A DNA stretch of 64,000 nucleotides from Camelus ferus (lineage: Eukaryota). Below, piece by piece: positions 62,101 to 64,000 of the stretch; position 1 is the first letter of the stretch, and each line of letters starts with the position of its first letter. The stretch is taken from positions 310,001 to 374,000 of the forward strand of contig NC_045708.1 in the NCBI RefSeq assembly GCF_009834535.1, read 5' to 3'. Made by a program: the position numbers and the translations under genes. The notes under the pieces were generated by a model. That model ran no database searches, had not been told where the DNA came from, and saw nothing but the letters and a program-made list of their open reading frames with translations.

Positions 62101-63700
62101 CCCACGGGGAACGACACCCTCCTCCAAGCAGCCCGAGAAAGATTCTCTTCCGAACAGCAGGTAGGAAGACCACAGCGCTGAAAGTAACGGTCACCCTAAT
62201 GAAAGCAGTCTTTCAACGAGGGTGAAATAAACCCATCTGAGAATTCATCACCAGCAGACCTGCACCTGCCGTCCCCAGGCAGAGGGTGAATTATCCTAAA
62301 CAAGAAGCAAAGAATGCAGGGAGCAGAGACAGTGGGCAGCTGGCGGGCCTGACGTGGCCAGCATGCAGGAGGAGGCTGTGCTGGCCGCACACACGAGGGA
62401 ATCCAAGCACCCAGAGGCACAGCCTGCGCGTCAGGGGAGGGGAAGCGGGCTTAGAGTCTCCTCAGGCTCTGCCTTGTCCGGGAAAGAGTCTGAAGTTCCA
62501 AGTACCTTAGACTTTTGTTGTTGTGGATGTTTTGTAATCTCTATCGCCAAAAAAATTACAAAACAATATATTGTTACTAACCAAATTAGAGGAGAAATAG
62601 AATCTTAAAAAATCGGGGGGGGGGGAGGGTATAGTTCAAGTGGTGGAGCACATGCTTAGCATGCATGAGGTCCTGGGTTCAATCCCCAGTACCTCCTCTA
62701 AAAAAAAATAAATGAACCTAATTACCTCCCCCCCAAAATAAAAAAAGTTAAATAATACAGTAAGTAAAAAAAAAAAATTTTTTTAAATCAATCCAGAAAA
62801 AGGCAATAAACTGGGGGAAATAACAGAAGAGGCAGGACAAGCAAGAAGCAGACGGTAGAAGGCTCCCAGAGTTGCCTTATACGTGCAGAGTCCAAACCCT
62901 CCCCCTGAGGGACAGGTTAACAGGCTGGACTGAACACAAACCATGTGCTTCTTCAAAGAATCACAAATAAGACATGCTGCAGGAAGGACGTCTGTGCAAA
63001 CACCCCCCAAAGGTGGGGAGCCAGGGCTGAACCACGTTACCAGGGACAGATGCAGAGGTAGAAGCCCCGTGACAGATAAACACGCTACCTCGTGTGACGA
63101 AGGGTTCAGCCAGAAGGATCAGATGGCCCCAAACTTAAAAACCTAATAACCAGCAAAACCAAGACTAAGGAGAAACAGACAAATCCACAACCTTTGGGGT
63201 AAACTTCACCGAAGCTGATGTCACTTCCCGCCTACAACACTTCACTTCCTCGCTGACCTGCGCACAACAGCCACTGAGACGAAGCCCAGACTCCACTGCC
63301 CGGTACCCGGGCTGGCCTGCCCTGCCCACCGGTGCACTGGAGCTCCAGGGAGCCTCTGACCTGGCCCCCAGGGTGCTCAGAGCTGGAGCAGCGGCAGGGG
63401 CCCCGCCCAAGTACTGCTGCCCCTGGGGCCAGACAGAAGAGAGTGCGAGGTGGGGTGTGTGCAGCCCTGACCTGGACTGTCTGGTGGAGGTGGACGGCCA
63501 CCACCTTCTTCATGCAGTCCTTGATCATCTGGGACGTGAAGAAGTTGGCCTCACCCTTCTTGTCCACGGCGATCTTGCGGTAGTCCTCCAGCAGGATGGG
63601 GCAGATGGCCTGGGTGGGCTGGGTCATGTAGATGGGCCCGTCGTAGCCCACCATCTCGCTGAAGTAGGGCAGTGCCCCGCAGTGGTCCAGGTGGAAGTGG
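56155..63700 (-). CDS. INTS11: Integrator complex subunit 11 (CPSF3L, metallo-beta-lactamase/beta-CASP endonuclease), 5'-partial: exons 4-17
   Basis: Exons: 63472-63700 (SHFHLDHCG motif), 59559-59657 (AGHVLG), 59438-59472 (GDY), about 59082-59220 (mostly in N-run; acceptor at 59221-22), 58534-58598, 58177-58366, 57934-58017 ([10 protein letters not shown]), 57410-57499, 57136-57298 (SAHAD), 56920-57027, 56766-56827, 56545-56687, 56332-56461, 56155-56217. Phases compatible. Confidence 0.97.
59065..59212. other. 148-nt N-run hiding most of INTS11 exon 7
   Basis: Directly seen. The exon start (a gct gcc t) and acceptor abut the right edge. Confidence 0.95.
60060..61835 (+). mobile_element. 5'-truncated LINE-1 (ORF2 3' third plus 3'UTR), antisense in INTS11 intron 4, non-functional
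   Basis: Classic ORF2 sequence (gtggtactggcacaaaaacaga, agcccagaaataaaccc, atggattaaagacctaaac, tcacagcagcattatt) with stops and frameshifts, followed by an L1-type 3'UTR. Contains N-runs at 61111-61280 and 61401-61567. Confidence 0.92.
60924..61064 (+). mobile_element. tRNA-Ala-derived SINE (camelid Vic-1-like) inserted inside the L1
   Basis: gggtatagctcag...gcgtgcttagaatgcacaaggtcctgggttcaatccccagt head with A and B boxes, then an A-rich tail. Target-site duplication cacaatgag at 60915-60923 and 61069-61077. Confidence 0.9.
62615..62785 (+). mobile_element. tRNA-Ala-derived SINE (camelid Vic-1-like)
   Basis: gggtatagttcaagtggtggagcacatgcttagcatgcatgaggtcctgggttcaatccccagtacctcc, near-identical to tRNA-Ala(AGC), followed by aacctaattacctcccc and an A-rich tail. 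Confidence 0.9.
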
Positions 63701-64000
63701 CTGGGGGTGCACCGCCCGTCAGCCGGGGCCCTGCTCCCCAGTGAGCCCCACCTCTCACCGCCCCTGTGCGCCAGCCCGGGCTCAAGGTCAGCCACTCACT
63801 CTCCTCCACTCCGAGTGCCTGCTGTGTGTCACTCTGCCCTAAGTATGCACTGAGGAGTGAGGAAGGGGCAAGAGAGGCGACCCTGCTGTCACCTGGGACT
63901 TAGACCCTGAACATCCAGCACAGCAATAACCACTCCAGGCACCACACGTGTCAGACGTCACGTCCCAGGAAGAAACCGAAAGGTGCCGGGGGACAGTGTA

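Larger units (their letters stand above)
59870..63260 (+). mobile_element. Ancient LINE-1 relic (ORF1 end to ORF2 endonuclease start), split by younger insertions
   Basis: Remnants such as gagaattcatcaccagcagacctgcac (about 62240-62266) and ggagaaacagacaaatccacaac (about 63170-63192) resemble old L1 ORF1 and endonuclease sequence, and flank the younger L1. Outer boundaries approximate. Confidence 0.5.

Noticed and set aside
62625-62697. Possible tRNA-Ala(AGC) gene (also at 60928 and 21767)
   Set aside because: The head is tRNA-like but continues into a shared non-tRNA segment and an A-rich tail. One copy has a TSD, and three diverged copies occur in the window. These are SINEs.

Overview
Mammalian GC-rich, gene-dense genomic DNA with the gene order of the human 1p36.33 block: C1QTNF12/adipolin (-), UBE2J2 (-), SCNN1D/delta-ENaC (+), ACAP3 (-), PUSL1 (+) and the 3' part of INTS11 (-, exons 4-17; its 5' end lies beyond 64000). 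The tRNA-Ala-derived SINEs look camelid-type, so the species is probably a camelid (inference). I mapped exons by hand from splice sites and translations, comparing them with human orthologues recalled from memory rather than searched. ACAP3, UBE2J2 and INTS11 have consistent reading frames wherever sequence is visible. C1QTNF12, SCNN1D and PUSL1 each carry a single +1 insertion in an otherwise well-conserved exon. Three such lesions in 64 kb most likely indicate assembly indel error, although SCNN1D also shows a degenerate C-terminal tail. Four N-runs sit on conserved exons or L1 ORF2 and have about the length of the missing sequence. I did not find a convincing new biological system. The best leads are possible SCNN1D erosion, a frame-preserving cassette-exon candidate in UBE2J2, a mirtron-like ACAP3 intron, a promoter VNTR and a weakly supported orphan gene at 488-5544. 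Most short ORFs in the supplied track are GC-rich noise.
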